A stretch of 64,000 nt of DNA from Escherichia coli (GCF_024502345.1 NZ_JALDNN010000001.1); one strand, 5' to 3'. Positions 40,237-49,905 are shown, counted from the stretch's first letter. The notes: generated by a model from the letters alone, not told the origin. Made by a program: numbers and translations.

Positions 40237-41484
40237 ATGATATCAATCAGATACATGAGGATAAATATGCAAAAATCCTTCCGATTCACCAATTCATCCA
40301 TCAAAGCCCTTCCGGCAAACACAGATACCCGATCTACAGAGCTTGAGGTATCAGATACCGAGGTCATAGGCCTCAAATGTCTCTCAGGTCGAACGGGTAA
40401 CAAACGTTTCCTCCTGCGCTACACATTCCACGGTACCAAAAAAAGTATCAGTATTGGCAGATTCCCTGAAATCGATGTGGGGACAGCCCGTCAGATAGCT
40501 CGCCGTCATAAGGAGGCGATTGCACTTGGAAATGACCCCAAGGCAGAGCGCGATAATTATCGTGCGATGCCAACGCTTAGTGAGTTTTTTCACCTGACCT
40601 ATGTTCCGTTCATCAAGCGCCATAAAAAGTCCTGGGATAAGGATGTTCAGCGTTTCACGCAATACATTGAACCTCGTCTGGGGAAGATACGTTACTGCGA
40701 TCTCAGGGCCAGAGAGATACAACAGGTGCTGTTTGACATGCTGGAGGGGCGTATTCACGGGCAGCAATATGCGCCGTCTACCTGTAACAGAGCCCTTGCT
40801 ATTCTGAAAACGATGGGGCGTTATGCGTTGCGACAGGATGTGCTGGAAAAGAATGAAGCCGATAAGATCCCTTTACTGAAAGAGAATAATCAGCGGACGC
40901 GCTTTTTTGATGCTGATGAGATCAGGCGCATTCTTGACGCTGCTACCCAATATCCCAACAAAGCTGCCGGGGGATTGATAGCCATGTTGTTGTTAACCGG
41001 TACACGCAAATCAGAAATGCTTAATGTCAGGCATGAACATATCGACCGGGCCAATCGTACTCTGTTCATTCCTTATACAAAAAATGGTCGCAGTCGGACG
41101 GTATATCTAAGCGATGCAGCATTATCGATTATTGATGCTATCCCACGAGTTGGCAGTAATCCGTATCTGTTCGCCATTAAGGATAATGGAAAACCGATAT
41201 CGGAACCCCGATGGGCATATGAAAAAATACTGGCACAGTGCGGTATAGACAAGAATGAAGTCTGTTTTCACACCACACGTCATTCTGTTGCCTCTTTACT
41301 GGTTTCGAGTGGTCAATTCAGCCTGTATGACGTTAAAGCACAACTGGCGCATGCCAGTATTCAAAGTACGGAGCGCTACGCGAAATTGACACCAGAGCGT
41401 ATGCGTCAGACCGGGCAGGGCGTAACTGACCTTCTTTTGAACACCGTTACTGCCGGTAACAATGATGATTTTAGCACCCCTTGA
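40237..41484 (+). CDS. int: P4-type tyrosine recombinase / integrase (probable start MQKSFRFTNSSIKALP at about 40267)
   Basis: C-terminal catalytic region with HTTRHSVASLL and LAHASIQSTERYAKL; immediately next to a tRNA gene. Confidence 0.85.
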   Translation: MISIRYMRINMQKSFRFTNSSIKALPANTDTRSTELEVSDTEVIGLKCLSGRTGNKRFLLRYTFHGTKKSISIGRFPEIDVGTARQIARRHKEAIALGNDPKAERDNYRAMPTLSEFFHLTYVPFIKRHKKSWDKDVQRFTQYIEPRLGKIRYCDLRAREIQQVLFDMLEGRIHGQQYAPSTCNRALAILKTMGRYALRQDVLEKNEADKIPLLKENNQRTRFFDADEIRRILDAATQYPNKAAGGLIAMLLLTGTRKSEMLNVRHEHIDRANRTLFIPYTKNGRSRTVYLSDAALSIIDAIPRVGSNPYLFAIKDNGKPISEPRWAYEKILAQCGIDKNEVCFHTTRHSVASLLVSSGQFSLYDVKAQLAHASIQSTERYAKLTPERMRQTGQGVTDLLLNTVTAGNNDDFSTP

Positions 41485-41493
41485 ACGTGGAGT

Positions 41494-41751
41494 ATGAGTA
41501 TGCCGTTAAAATGTCCTAAGTGTGGTAGCCGAAATACAGTGACAGAAACTGCCGGAAAGATAGCAGAAGTGACTCGCGATGACCGGTTCCTGACATCGAC
41601 ATCCGGTTATATTAGCCCGGAGCAATTACCAGAATTGCTTAAAGAAATCATCAGGGCGATACAACGTCTCTTTAGATTCCTTGAACAGCGTGAAAGGAAT
41701 AATGCGCCAGTGCTGATCTGCAAGGATTGTGGATATTATGAAAGAATATAG
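41494..41751 (+). CDS. Small zinc-ribbon protein (two CxxC pairs)
   Basis: 85-aa ORF, CPKCGS...CKDCGY. Confidence 0.5.
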   Translation: MSMPLKCPKCGSRNTVTETAGKIAEVTRDDRFLTSTSGYISPEQLPELLKEIIRAIQRLFRFLEQRERNNAPVLICKDCGYYERI

Positions 41752-41796
41752 ATGACCACTGAAGGCAATTCCAGATTCTTTAGCCTGTCTATGTAA

Positions 41797-41830
41797 CCCC
41801 GATACTTAAAACGTATCGGGTTTTTTGTTT
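41797..41830 (+). terminator. Rho-independent terminator
   Basis: Hairpin CCCGATAC-TTAAAACG-TATCGGG followed by TTTTTTGTTT. Confidence 0.65.
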
Positions 41831-41844
41831 ATGAGGATTATTCA

Positions 41845-42216
41845 ATGAAATTTGTCTCGAACTGGCAAGACCTGCCGTCGCTCCTTCTTCCGGAGTCAGT
41901 AATGAGTCTGTTGAAAACAGAGCTGGTACTCCCATTTGAAGATGAATACTCTGCAATGAGTTTCTGGGATGAAGTCGGGGTGACATTAATATATGTCGAG
42001 CCCGATGATGTACCTGAAGATATTAAAGCGCAGGTATTAAATGTGATTCATCAGTTAATTGCAAATCCAGAATTTGTAGTCCGTCTGACAGATGACTATT
42101 ACCTGATGCTTTCTGTTACGGAAGATAACGGGAACGGTATTTATCTGTTATTTCACCCCGATTGCCCTCTGAAGGGTATTGATTTATTAATTTCTATGGC
42201 CGAATCACGCTATTAA
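41845..42216 (+). CDS. Hypothetical acidic protein
   Basis: 123-aa ORF with plausible SD; first of three co-oriented island genes. Confidence 0.45.
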   Translation: MKFVSNWQDLPSLLLPESVMSLLKTELVLPFEDEYSAMSFWDEVGVTLIYVEPDDVPEDIKAQVLNVIHQLIANPEFVVRLTDDYYLMLSVTEDNGNGIYLLFHPDCPLKGIDLLISMAESRY

Positions 42217-42241
42217 ACACAAGCAAAACCTGGAACGCAAA

Positions 42242-42775
42242 ATGAGTAAATCAAAATTAGTTAAAAATAATGTTGAGTCAGTTTCGAAGGAGATTAAAAA
42301 TGAGGCAGAGGTTATTCATGAAAATCTCAGTGCAGATGAACAAACATTATCTGATATAAAAGACTATCAGTTGCTCATTGAAACAGGCCAGGCAGAAAAA
42401 ATCAGTCCTAAGGCAAGTGGTATTCTGACATGGCAACTGGCGATATCAGAGGTGGACAATGAACTTTATCTTCGTCTGGTGGCAAATGGCTGTGGAGGGT
42501 TGTTCTCTAAGGACTGGATCTCACTTTCTAAGATTGCAACTGTTCTGGAAACACAACCTGCTACCGGCTTCTCATCCGGAGTATTCAGGCCGCTATTCAA
42601 AGGGGCAAGCGCCAACAATGCAGGTTTTCTGGCTGCTGTTTTACGCTCCCCGGATATATGTCTGCTGGAGGCACATCCAGAGAAGTTATTTACTCATGTA
42701 TTATACCCGGACTGGAGGGAGCGGTTGAATAAACTTAATACGATCAGTAGCCAGGGAAAGATTACAGAGGATTAA
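42242..42775 (+). CDS. Hypothetical protein
   Basis: 177-aa ORF, 25 bp after the preceding gene. Confidence 0.45.
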   Translation: MSKSKLVKNNVESVSKEIKNEAEVIHENLSADEQTLSDIKDYQLLIETGQAEKISPKASGILTWQLAISEVDNELYLRLVANGCGGLFSKDWISLSKIATVLETQPATGFSSGVFRPLFKGASANNAGFLAAVLRSPDICLLEAHPEKLFTHVLYPDWRERLNKLNTISSQGKITED

Positions 42776-42847
42776 TTTATTTCCTGCACTGTTATACAAC
42801 CAGAAATCACCACACACCACTATTTACTTTCTAAAGGAAAATTTATT

Positions 42848-43282
42848 ATGCAAACCCAATATGCCTTAAAACAGGCAGGATTAACTCTGCCTGTTACTAA
42901 AGAATTTCAGCAGCATATTACTACTCTTCTGGCAAATCAGGTTTTACAAAAAATAACTGAGGCAGTGGTTATTAATTTCCGCGATCCGGACTACAGTGCA
43001 GAATCCGGGGGCTTTCATCCCGTTGAAATACGGTTTATCCGTAAGAATAATGAATGGTATTTTGATTATGTCACAGATTTTAGTTATATGGGGCGTGTCT
43101 ACCCTGAGCTGGAAAAAGAAATTGATTTTTGCTGGTCGGGGAATTATGTCTTCCATTATCTGATTGGGGATATTTCACTGGCAGCAGAGAGGAATGAACT
43201 CTGGTCTCTGTGGGAGCGTAATTTTATGGAGTATCTCTCTATGGGGATTTACCGGGTAACGGTAACTGTGGAAAGTTGTTGA
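42848..43282 (+). CDS. Hypothetical protein
   Basis: 144-aa ORF, co-oriented. Confidence 0.45.
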   Translation: MQTQYALKQAGLTLPVTKEFQQHITTLLANQVLQKITEAVVINFRDPDYSAESGGFHPVEIRFIRKNNEWYFDYVTDFSYMGRVYPELEKEIDFCWSGNYVFHYLIGDISLAAERNELWSLWERNFMEYLSMGIYRVTVTVESC

Positions 43283-43583
43283 CCCGTTATGAACAGGAAG
43301 AAAGCGGGCGGCTTTGTAATCTACAGCATGTGGTGTGCATCACAGCATGGAGATGATGTCTCTTTTTCCTGGCTGTTCGCATAAACAAGTGCAGACACGG
43401 GGGATCTCAGATCCCTCGTGATTTTTGCCCCCTATGGTGCATTCTTCTGTAGCAGGGTGATAACGGTTAATCCATTACCCCAACGACAGTATTACACCGG
43501 TAATAAATGTTCATGAATACAGTTAGTTATGTGGGTTTTGAGGTGGGCTATGTCATCGTTGACGATAACTGAAGGTTTTACAG

Positions 43584-43811
43584 ATGTATAAAACTCGCGG
43601 TGAAAGGATCGCAGAAAGGCTGTGCTGGATATTACTTCAACTGTATACCGGTAATACGGTATCGGTTAATGATATATGTCAGCGTTTCGCGGTCAGTCGC
43701 CGAACCGGACAGCGTGATTTGTTGAGAGTTGAAACTGTAACGGAAACTATTTCACCTGGAAGGGTAAGGCTGGCAAATTTGATAAGGGAACGAGTTAGAC
43801 GAAATTTTTAA
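43584..43811 (+). pseudogene. Remnant of a WYL/BrxR-type regulator gene (N-terminal HTH only)
   Basis: 75-aa ORF resembling the N-terminal HTH of the 300-aa regulator at 44773-45675; no WYL domain follows. Confidence 0.4.
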
Positions 43812-43892
43812 TCGAATCCATATCAATTCTATAAAATATGAAACTTAACGGGAGTAAATATACACTCCCGTTATAATGCAACCTTTTTTTAA

Positions 43893-44711
43893 CTACTCAA
43901 ATGATATTAATTTAGGTGCGACAGTGTTTTTATGACATGTTAAATTCGCAAGATCAATAATATCATGAAACAATTTTATGTCGTCGTCAGTGAGCTCTAC
44001 GTCTGGATCAGCTAAATCGGCACAGGTAACATTTAACCAGTGTGTTAATGAATCAATCCTGTTTGAAGTAATATATTCAGTGTGACCAATATCCCACTTC
44101 CAGTTGATCACCCGAGCAGGTCTGAATCTCACCTCCCGAACCCCAATTGGCGTTACTGACTCTACGAGAGGGTATATCGTGTTAAGTACTTTATCATGTT
44201 CACTGTAGATATTTAAATGCCCCATTTTTGAACCGTAAGCCATTTTCATTATGTTCTCTGTATAACTTGTTATTGGGGTGGCTCCGGCCATAGAGATTGT
44301 TAAGAGAATATTATCATTTTTAATATAGGGTAATGTATTGTTTATTAATCGAGTCCCTAAAGAATGACCCATTATGATCACATTACGCTTTTCTTTAACG
44401 TATATCTCGTTTATTACGTGTGCTAATTTTTCTCTGTTATTAACTGCTGCTTTCGTTGCATTATACCAGGCCTGACGCGCTTTAAATGGAATGGAGATTG
44501 ATGACAATAAAGGAGATGTTCTCAGGGGGAAGAGAGTATATAACCCCCACTTGTTCGCTATGTCAGAACTTAATATGGATAGTAGATTTGCCGATTCCCA
44601 TTTATAGTATCTGACATCAAGGCCACACCCTGCTTTAATTCGGTTAAACCATGATATATCATTTTCGGTCAGAAACCCTGATACAACAAGAAGAACCGGG
44701 CATTTTTTCAT
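43893..44711 (-). CDS. Alpha/beta-hydrolase-fold protein with GHSLG nucleophile elbow (esterase/lipase-like), function unknown
   Basis: 272-aa ORF; GxSxG motif GHSLG; candidate Asp/His downstream; immediately downstream of the WYL regulator gene. Confidence 0.6.
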   Translation of the reverse strand: MKKCPVLLVVSGFLTENDISWFNRIKAGCGLDVRYYKWESANLLSILSSDIANKWGLYTLFPLRTSPLLSSISIPFKARQAWYNATKAAVNNREKLAHVINEIYVKEKRNVIIMGHSLGTRLINNTLPYIKNDNILLTISMAGATPITSYTENIMKMAYGSKMGHLNIYSEHDKVLNTIYPLVESVTPIGVREVRFRPARVINWKWDIGHTEYITSNRIDSLTHWLNVTCADLADPDVELTDDDIKLFHDIIDLANLTCHKNTVAPKLISFE

Positions 44712-44772
44712 GGTAACTCCATTTTTTAGCTTACAAAAATAGCACTCAATGAAAATTATATTATCCGTGTCA

Positions 44773-45675
44773 TTACGGGGCGTTACTTGGCTGGGTGTAA
44801 CGTTTCAGTGCGGATTGTATATCTTCAGCAAGTTGTTGACGGATTGAGGCCGGTTGTATTACTTCGACATCCGGTATCCAGTATTTCATTAAAGGCATTA
44901 TCTGATCTGTGTGTGTTACACGTGATATCACCAGTAAATCGCCAGACCGGGAAGTATGAATTATTTCCTGTCCTGGCAATAGATGACGGTGGGTAAACCA
45001 CGGAGCAACATGTGCGGAAACTGAAATAAGAACTTCGATAAGGTCTTCGCTATACCAGATACCATCTGTCTTTTCTATTTTTTCATTAATTTCGGGGATT
45101 ATCCTGAAAGAGATATTACTCATGCAAACGTCTTTGACAGATGAGATAACAAAGCTTTTTAATGTACTGTCATGGGCGGCAGCGAGATACCACAATCCGT
45201 TGTCATTAACCAGCCTGTATGGCTCAACAGCCCGAAACTCTTTATCTTTGTAATTAAAATTTACTTTCTTCTGTGACAGGATGGCATCGGATAATACATT
45301 CAGAATTGACATGAATGATCCGCAGTTTTCGTATGGACGTTGTTTTATCAGAAACGGGTTGTTTTTCGTGTTACCTAACAAAATACTCAGTAGTCTGTCA
45401 TCCCAGCGAGGGAACAGCCCTTCAATACCCAGGATGCGCGTGAAATGACGTAAATCAGCATTGCTGCGTTGACCGAGAACACCGTCAGACAGGCGATAGC
45501 GACCATTTTGTCGAATCAGATTAAGATAGGACAGGCGCTGAGTAAGATCACGACGGATAGTTTTTTCGCAAACGTTAAATTCCTCAGATAACTCCCGGAC
45601 GGCTAGTGACTCACCATTGTTCAGGCGAGTTAATATCAATCCGAGTCGATATCCAAGTTTATCGTGCTTACCCAT
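44773..45675 (-). CDS. HTH + WYL-domain transcriptional regulator (BrxR/CapW-like, defence-island regulator family)
   Basis: 300-aa ORF; N-terminal DeoR-like HTH ([22 protein letters not shown]), central WYL-type segment ([10 protein letters not shown]). Confidence 0.65.
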   Translation of the reverse strand: MGKHDKLGYRLGLILTRLNNGESLAVRELSEEFNVCEKTIRRDLTQRLSYLNLIRQNGRYRLSDGVLGQRSNADLRHFTRILGIEGLFPRWDDRLLSILLGNTKNNPFLIKQRPYENCGSFMSILNVLSDAILSQKKVNFNYKDKEFRAVEPYRLVNDNGLWYLAAAHDSTLKSFVISSVKDVCMSNISFRIIPEINEKIEKTDGIWYSEDLIEVLISVSAHVAPWFTHRHLLPGQEIIHTSRSGDLLVISRVTHTDQIMPLMKYWIPDVEVIQPASIRQQLAEDIQSALKRYTQPSNAP

Positions 45676-45723
45676 TCGTTTATCCGGTTAATGCCAGCGA
45701 AGAGGATATTTTCAGCAAAGTAA

Positions 45724-45836
45724 CGGACAGGATGAGTCCACTTTTACTGTGACGGAGAAAAAAATTAACTCATTAATTATCAATATATTAAAACATTGCT
45801 GGAATCATCGAATAACATGTGGACTCATCCTGTCCA
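45724..45836. promoter_or_regulatory. Perfect 17-bp inverted repeat pair upstream of the WYL regulator gene (candidate operator)
   Basis: GGACAGGATGAGTCCAC at 45724-45740 and its exact reverse complement at 45820-45836. Confidence 0.45.
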
Positions 45837-46054
45837 TGTGTATTTTTACGTTCAGGGTGATAATTATTATCCTGACCTGTACATGACATGTTTTTGCTGC
45901 ATATTTGACCATGCACTTTTGCCATCAAGTCGGAGAGGCAGGGGGGAACGTAAGATCCGAAGGTTAGAGAGGTTATCAGCAATTACAATGATGATTAATA
46001 TTTTCATAATATCGGAGAACATCATATTAGTTGAAATAACATAAAGGTGGTTCT

Positions 46055-46381
46055 ATGTATTTACATATCAGAAAGTATCAACTCGTAAATGCGAGATGGC
46101 GTGATGTCATTGATCTGACAGATTATGAAGAAACAATCAGGCAGGTTGTCGGTACATTATTTGGAAATGATTTTATTGAGGTCAGCGTTGAAACAAATTG
46201 TTTTACTCTGACAGTAAACAGTACAAGCAGTAAAATACCACACGGCATACTGGTGAATATGGGGAAAAGGCTGGCGGCTAATCTCCAGAGTATCACCTGT
46301 CATGCCATGCGGATCTATCATGTAAATGGCCATCCTGACGCGCGGCAGTTATTTCACTGTTTTGATGCCGATTGCCTGTGA
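46055..46381 (+). CDS. Hypothetical protein
   Basis: 108-aa ORF convergent with the piPolB gene; weak support. Confidence 0.3.
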   Translation: MYLHIRKYQLVNARWRDVIDLTDYEETIRQVVGTLFGNDFIEVSVETNCFTLTVNSTSSKIPHGILVNMGKRLAANLQSITCHAMRIYHVNGHPDARQLFHCFDADCL

Positions 46382-46429
46382 TTAAGCCCCCAACTTCTGT
46401 TAAAGGAGTTGGGGGAGATTTAACGGTTA

Positions 46430-49093
46430 TCAGACTGGAAGACAGAATGTCGGATATTTACGGGCTATGATATCCATCAGTGACTTCATTCGCGGTGTTA
46501 CAGAACTAAATTTCATTTGGGGTATTTTTGCTCTTACCGCATTTTTTACATCAGTCACCGTTACTGAATAGCCTTCTGACGTCAGCCATTCAGCAACCTC
46601 TTTACAGGAATAACTTTTTTTATCTTTCAGCATCAGCCCCCATTGGCACTGAGTCAGCGCCCGGAGAAATAGTCTGACTAAAATATCATCACTACGTTTG
46701 CTTCCGACTTTTAGTTTCATATCAGAAAACACCGTCCGGCAATAGAGAAAATCACACCAGTCATCCCAGTCAGCCAGGGTCTTCAGTGTATGCGTTTGCC
46801 GCCAGTCGTCGAAAAGGGAGCGCTGCTGCAGAGCCTCTTCCATATTATCCCATGGGCGGGAAAACATCAGTAAATGCCCTTCATTCATGGCGGGCTGTAC
46901 GGGCTGGCGTTTGAAATCGAATTCCAGATTAAGACGGATATCCTGTTCCCGGGATACCAGATCGCTTTCCGACAGCCACATCTCACGCGTTGATATCAAC
47001 GTACTTCGGGATAAAGTCTGACCGGGTAAACGATTAAGGTAAAGATCTACCATATAGTCGTTATAGTCACTGCGTGGAATATCGGCAGGAGGTTTGACGC
47101 CAGCCCTGGCATGAACAACAGGTTTTCCCTGAATAGCTCTATAGGTTAACTGCCCCCGGGTTTTCATGGCGATAAGCTGGCTGACTTCATGCTTACATGT
47201 CAACATTGATGAACCCGGATCAACAATATCGCACAGCGACTGGAAGCGGGAAGACAGTGGACCGCTCATGTTTATCTTGTTAAGTGGGCAATTTGTCAAA
47301 AAGCCATCGGTTGTGACGCTGACAACCGATGAATCAGAAGGCAAAGCATTCATGAGTTCCCCGGCAACGGCGCGGATAAATCCCGTTACATGCGCAGCAA
47401 AGAATGGCTGAGTAACCGATGATGGTGGGAGGGATCTGTTTAATCCACGGGCAGTATCAAAGGCGGTTTTGGCGCGAAGGCCCTGAGCAAGTTTGCCATA
47501 AAGCGAGTTGCCAATTTCTTTCCAGAATTTCTCCTCCAGAGAACCTTTAATATGGCGATTACGGTTCTCACGGACCTGTTGAACAAAGGGAAGAAACACC
47601 GATGTTGATTCGCTGTTATGTGGGGAGGTGTCACAGATCCAGGGGACGATGATCCCATTATGGATCGTCATCTCTGCCCCGAGCGACAGAGCAAGTTCGA
47701 TTTCAGGTGCCGTTGCCCATGATTCGCCACTTAATGGAAAGAATAACCCATATTGATCGGTCCGAACCGGCAGGCTGGGATAGGGAACTGATTCCGGGAA
47801 CCGAAATGTGACAAGCGCAAATCCCATTACATGCCCACAGTAATCGTCCGGATTTTTACTGAGGCGGATGTTCCCGTAATCGGGTGTGAGGATATCTAAT
47901 AGCCCGGTGGTATACGCTCCAGCCAGATCGTAGTCATACCAGTGATCAGACGGTGTAACCCCCATCATAAAACACTCATTGCGTCCGCCGTGGTAACAGT
48001 TGATCGGGAACGTTTCAAACAACTCTCTTGAAGGAACACTGGCGGGGTTTTTAATCGTCCGGAATGCCTGTTTCTCCGTGAGCCAGAGTTCACGGGTTTT
48101 AATGTGTGTCCCAAGGCAGACTTCAGGAGACATATTGTTTTCTTTAAGTGTTTTGGTGAACCGTGAAACTGCCATCGCCCCGATGGTGGCGGGGACACGA
48201 TCAATCATCAGCTCCCGGGCGCAAAAATTGCGAACCTGTAAAGCATAACGAACCGCAATCTCGGCATCCCGCAGAGCATAGGCTTCAAACCCTGCTCTGT
48301 CGCCCAGAAGATATTCACGCATATTGGTTATGGAATAAGGTGCAGGAATGGTGAGTTTGGGAAGACCCAGTAATTCACCACATTCAGCCAGACCCATACC
48401 CCCGGGAGTGATAAGCAGTGTATCGATGAAAGCTACGTTACTGCAACGCGGAGGGGAAGTTCGTTTGTCAAACATTATCTGTTCAGTCTTTACGCGACGT
48501 TCCTGCTGTTCATCAAAATCGATACCGTAACGATTTTTGAAGCTGCTGACAGTACCGCGTATTCCTTTCAGAAGAATTTTGTAGTCTGACCAGAAATTGG
48601 CAAAGGAGGCGATATCCGCACGAATGAAATGCGCATATATATTAATAATACCGGGCCATTTTGTAATCACACCCGTTTCAAGAAGCGGTGTAATCGTTTG
48701 ACAGAGAAATTCCTTAAAAGACAGCCGGGATTTTTTCTGTGAGTCAGGTGGATAGATAATGTTCGATATACCTGTATTATCGGGTAAGATAACATAACTC
48801 TGATATGACAGAATATCATTCTGTCGTGTTTCAGGGTTGAAAACATATTCGGTATCAAAACCGATATGGAGTGTCAGGTCACTTGAAATAACAGATACTT
48901 TTTTTGATGCAGGTGGTATCACAGGATAATCATCAAGCGTTTTAGGTCTTTTACGATTGAGCGCTGGCTCTGAAGTCACGGACTGATACCCCGAGGCGGC
49001 AGCGAGGATGTCCTGCAAATTATTGCTCATAGTTAACTCCGAAAAAATGCCGGGAGCTGTGTCCCGGCATAAAGAATCAGGATTTAATAACAT
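46430..49093 (-). CDS. Family B DNA polymerase of the primer-independent (piPolB) type, pipolin hallmark gene
   Basis: 887-aa ORF; Exo I FDTE; motif B KEIGNSLYGK; motif C-like VTTDGF; KTRG in place of the canonical KxY motif (IAMKTRGQLTY). Confidence 0.8.
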   Translation of the reverse strand: MLLNPDSLCRDTAPGIFSELTMSNNLQDILAAASGYQSVTSEPALNRKRPKTLDDYPVIPPASKKVSVISSDLTLHIGFDTEYVFNPETRQNDILSYQSYVILPDNTGISNIIYPPDSQKKSRLSFKEFLCQTITPLLETGVITKWPGIINIYAHFIRADIASFANFWSDYKILLKGIRGTVSSFKNRYGIDFDEQQERRVKTEQIMFDKRTSPPRCSNVAFIDTLLITPGGMGLAECGELLGLPKLTIPAPYSITNMREYLLGDRAGFEAYALRDAEIAVRYALQVRNFCARELMIDRVPATIGAMAVSRFTKTLKENNMSPEVCLGTHIKTRELWLTEKQAFRTIKNPASVPSRELFETFPINCYHGGRNECFMMGVTPSDHWYDYDLAGAYTTGLLDILTPDYGNIRLSKNPDDYCGHVMGFALVTFRFPESVPYPSLPVRTDQYGLFFPLSGESWATAPEIELALSLGAEMTIHNGIIVPWICDTSPHNSESTSVFLPFVQQVRENRNRHIKGSLEEKFWKEIGNSLYGKLAQGLRAKTAFDTARGLNRSLPPSSVTQPFFAAHVTGFIRAVAGELMNALPSDSSVVSVTTDGFLTNCPLNKINMSGPLSSRFQSLCDIVDPGSSMLTCKHEVSQLIAMKTRGQLTYRAIQGKPVVHARAGVKPPADIPRSDYNDYMVDLYLNRLPGQTLSRSTLISTREMWLSESDLVSREQDIRLNLEFDFKRQPVQPAMNEGHLLMFSRPWDNMEEALQQRSLFDDWRQTHTLKTLADWDDWCDFLYCRTVFSDMKLKVGSKRSDDILVRLFLRALTQCQWGLMLKDKKSYSCKEVAEWLTSEGYSVTVTDVKNAVRAKIPQMKFSSVTPRMKSLMDIIARKYPTFCLPV

Positions 49094-49715
49094 TTACTAC
49101 AGATTTGAAAATATCGGTTTTGTGTGATTCATCATCTACATGGATAAAGGAAACGAGTTTCCTGCCTGCTTTAATCAGGATACCGCGTTGCGTCTTTTCC
49201 ACAGACGGGGTAACGTGTGCAGATAACAGACAATGTTCATGTAAATGAAGAAACTTTTTTGAGGCGTAGCCGCCATGTAATCGGGCTTGAATGTCAAGAT
49301 ACATATCATCAAGAGAACCGGGTTCTCCTGATTCACTCAATACCGGATAACCCTTCTTATCAAAGAGGTTAAGGATAGATTTACTATCATGTTCGAACAG
49401 GGTAACACCGTAAATGTATTTCATTCGAAAGGTGAGGGAATCGGTGGTGTAGACCTCCTCCTGACGATTGAAATTTTTGAGACGCCTGGCTAATTCATTA
49501 AAAACAGCACGAGCAGTAGCCGTGTCCTGCAGGGTGTAGGTATAAAGTACGAAGCCATCTGTGCCGATGAGCTTTACTAAGTTGTCCATAATCGTGATAG
49601 CGAGAACTAATGCAAAGGACAGATATTTTTCATCGTTGTCTACAGCTGTGTTTGCTGCTTCAGGAAGAATGTTCAGTGCATTATTAGCATTATTTGCTGT
49701 GTTCTTAGTAACCAT
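49077..49715 (-). CDS. Hypothetical protein, overlapping and probably translationally coupled to piPolB
   Basis: 212-aa ORF; stop overlaps the piPolB start; start overlaps the alpA-like stop. Confidence 0.5.
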   Translation of the reverse strand: MVTKNTANNANNALNILPEAANTAVDNDEKYLSFALVLAITIMDNLVKLIGTDGFVLYTYTLQDTATARAVFNELARRLKNFNRQEEVYTTDSLTFRMKYIYGVTLFEHDSKSILNLFDKKGYPVLSESGEPGSLDDMYLDIQARLHGGYASKKFLHLHEHCLLSAHVTPSVEKTQRGILIKAGRKLVSFIHVDDESHKTDIFKSVVNVIKS

Positions 49716-49905
49716 TTATATCACCTTTAAGTTTGTTTTGACGATGTGCATTTTCCCACTCAACAATATCATCAAGAGAGAATCGTATAGCCCGCCCAAT
49801 TCTGATGAAGGGCGGGAGTTTTCCTGGGTTGCGCGATATATCTGACGCAACCGTGGATGCGGAAAGATTAAATCTTTCTGCAAACTGCTTAATGGTTAAA
49901 TACAT
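49705..49905 (-). CDS. AlpA-family HTH protein (excisionase / transcriptional regulator)
   Basis: 66-aa ORF, MYLTIKQFAERFNLSASTV...; typical partner of integrases in islands. Confidence 0.65.
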   Translation of the reverse strand: MYLTIKQFAERFNLSASTVASDISRNPGKLPPFIRIGRAIRFSLDDIVEWENAHRQNKLKGDINGY

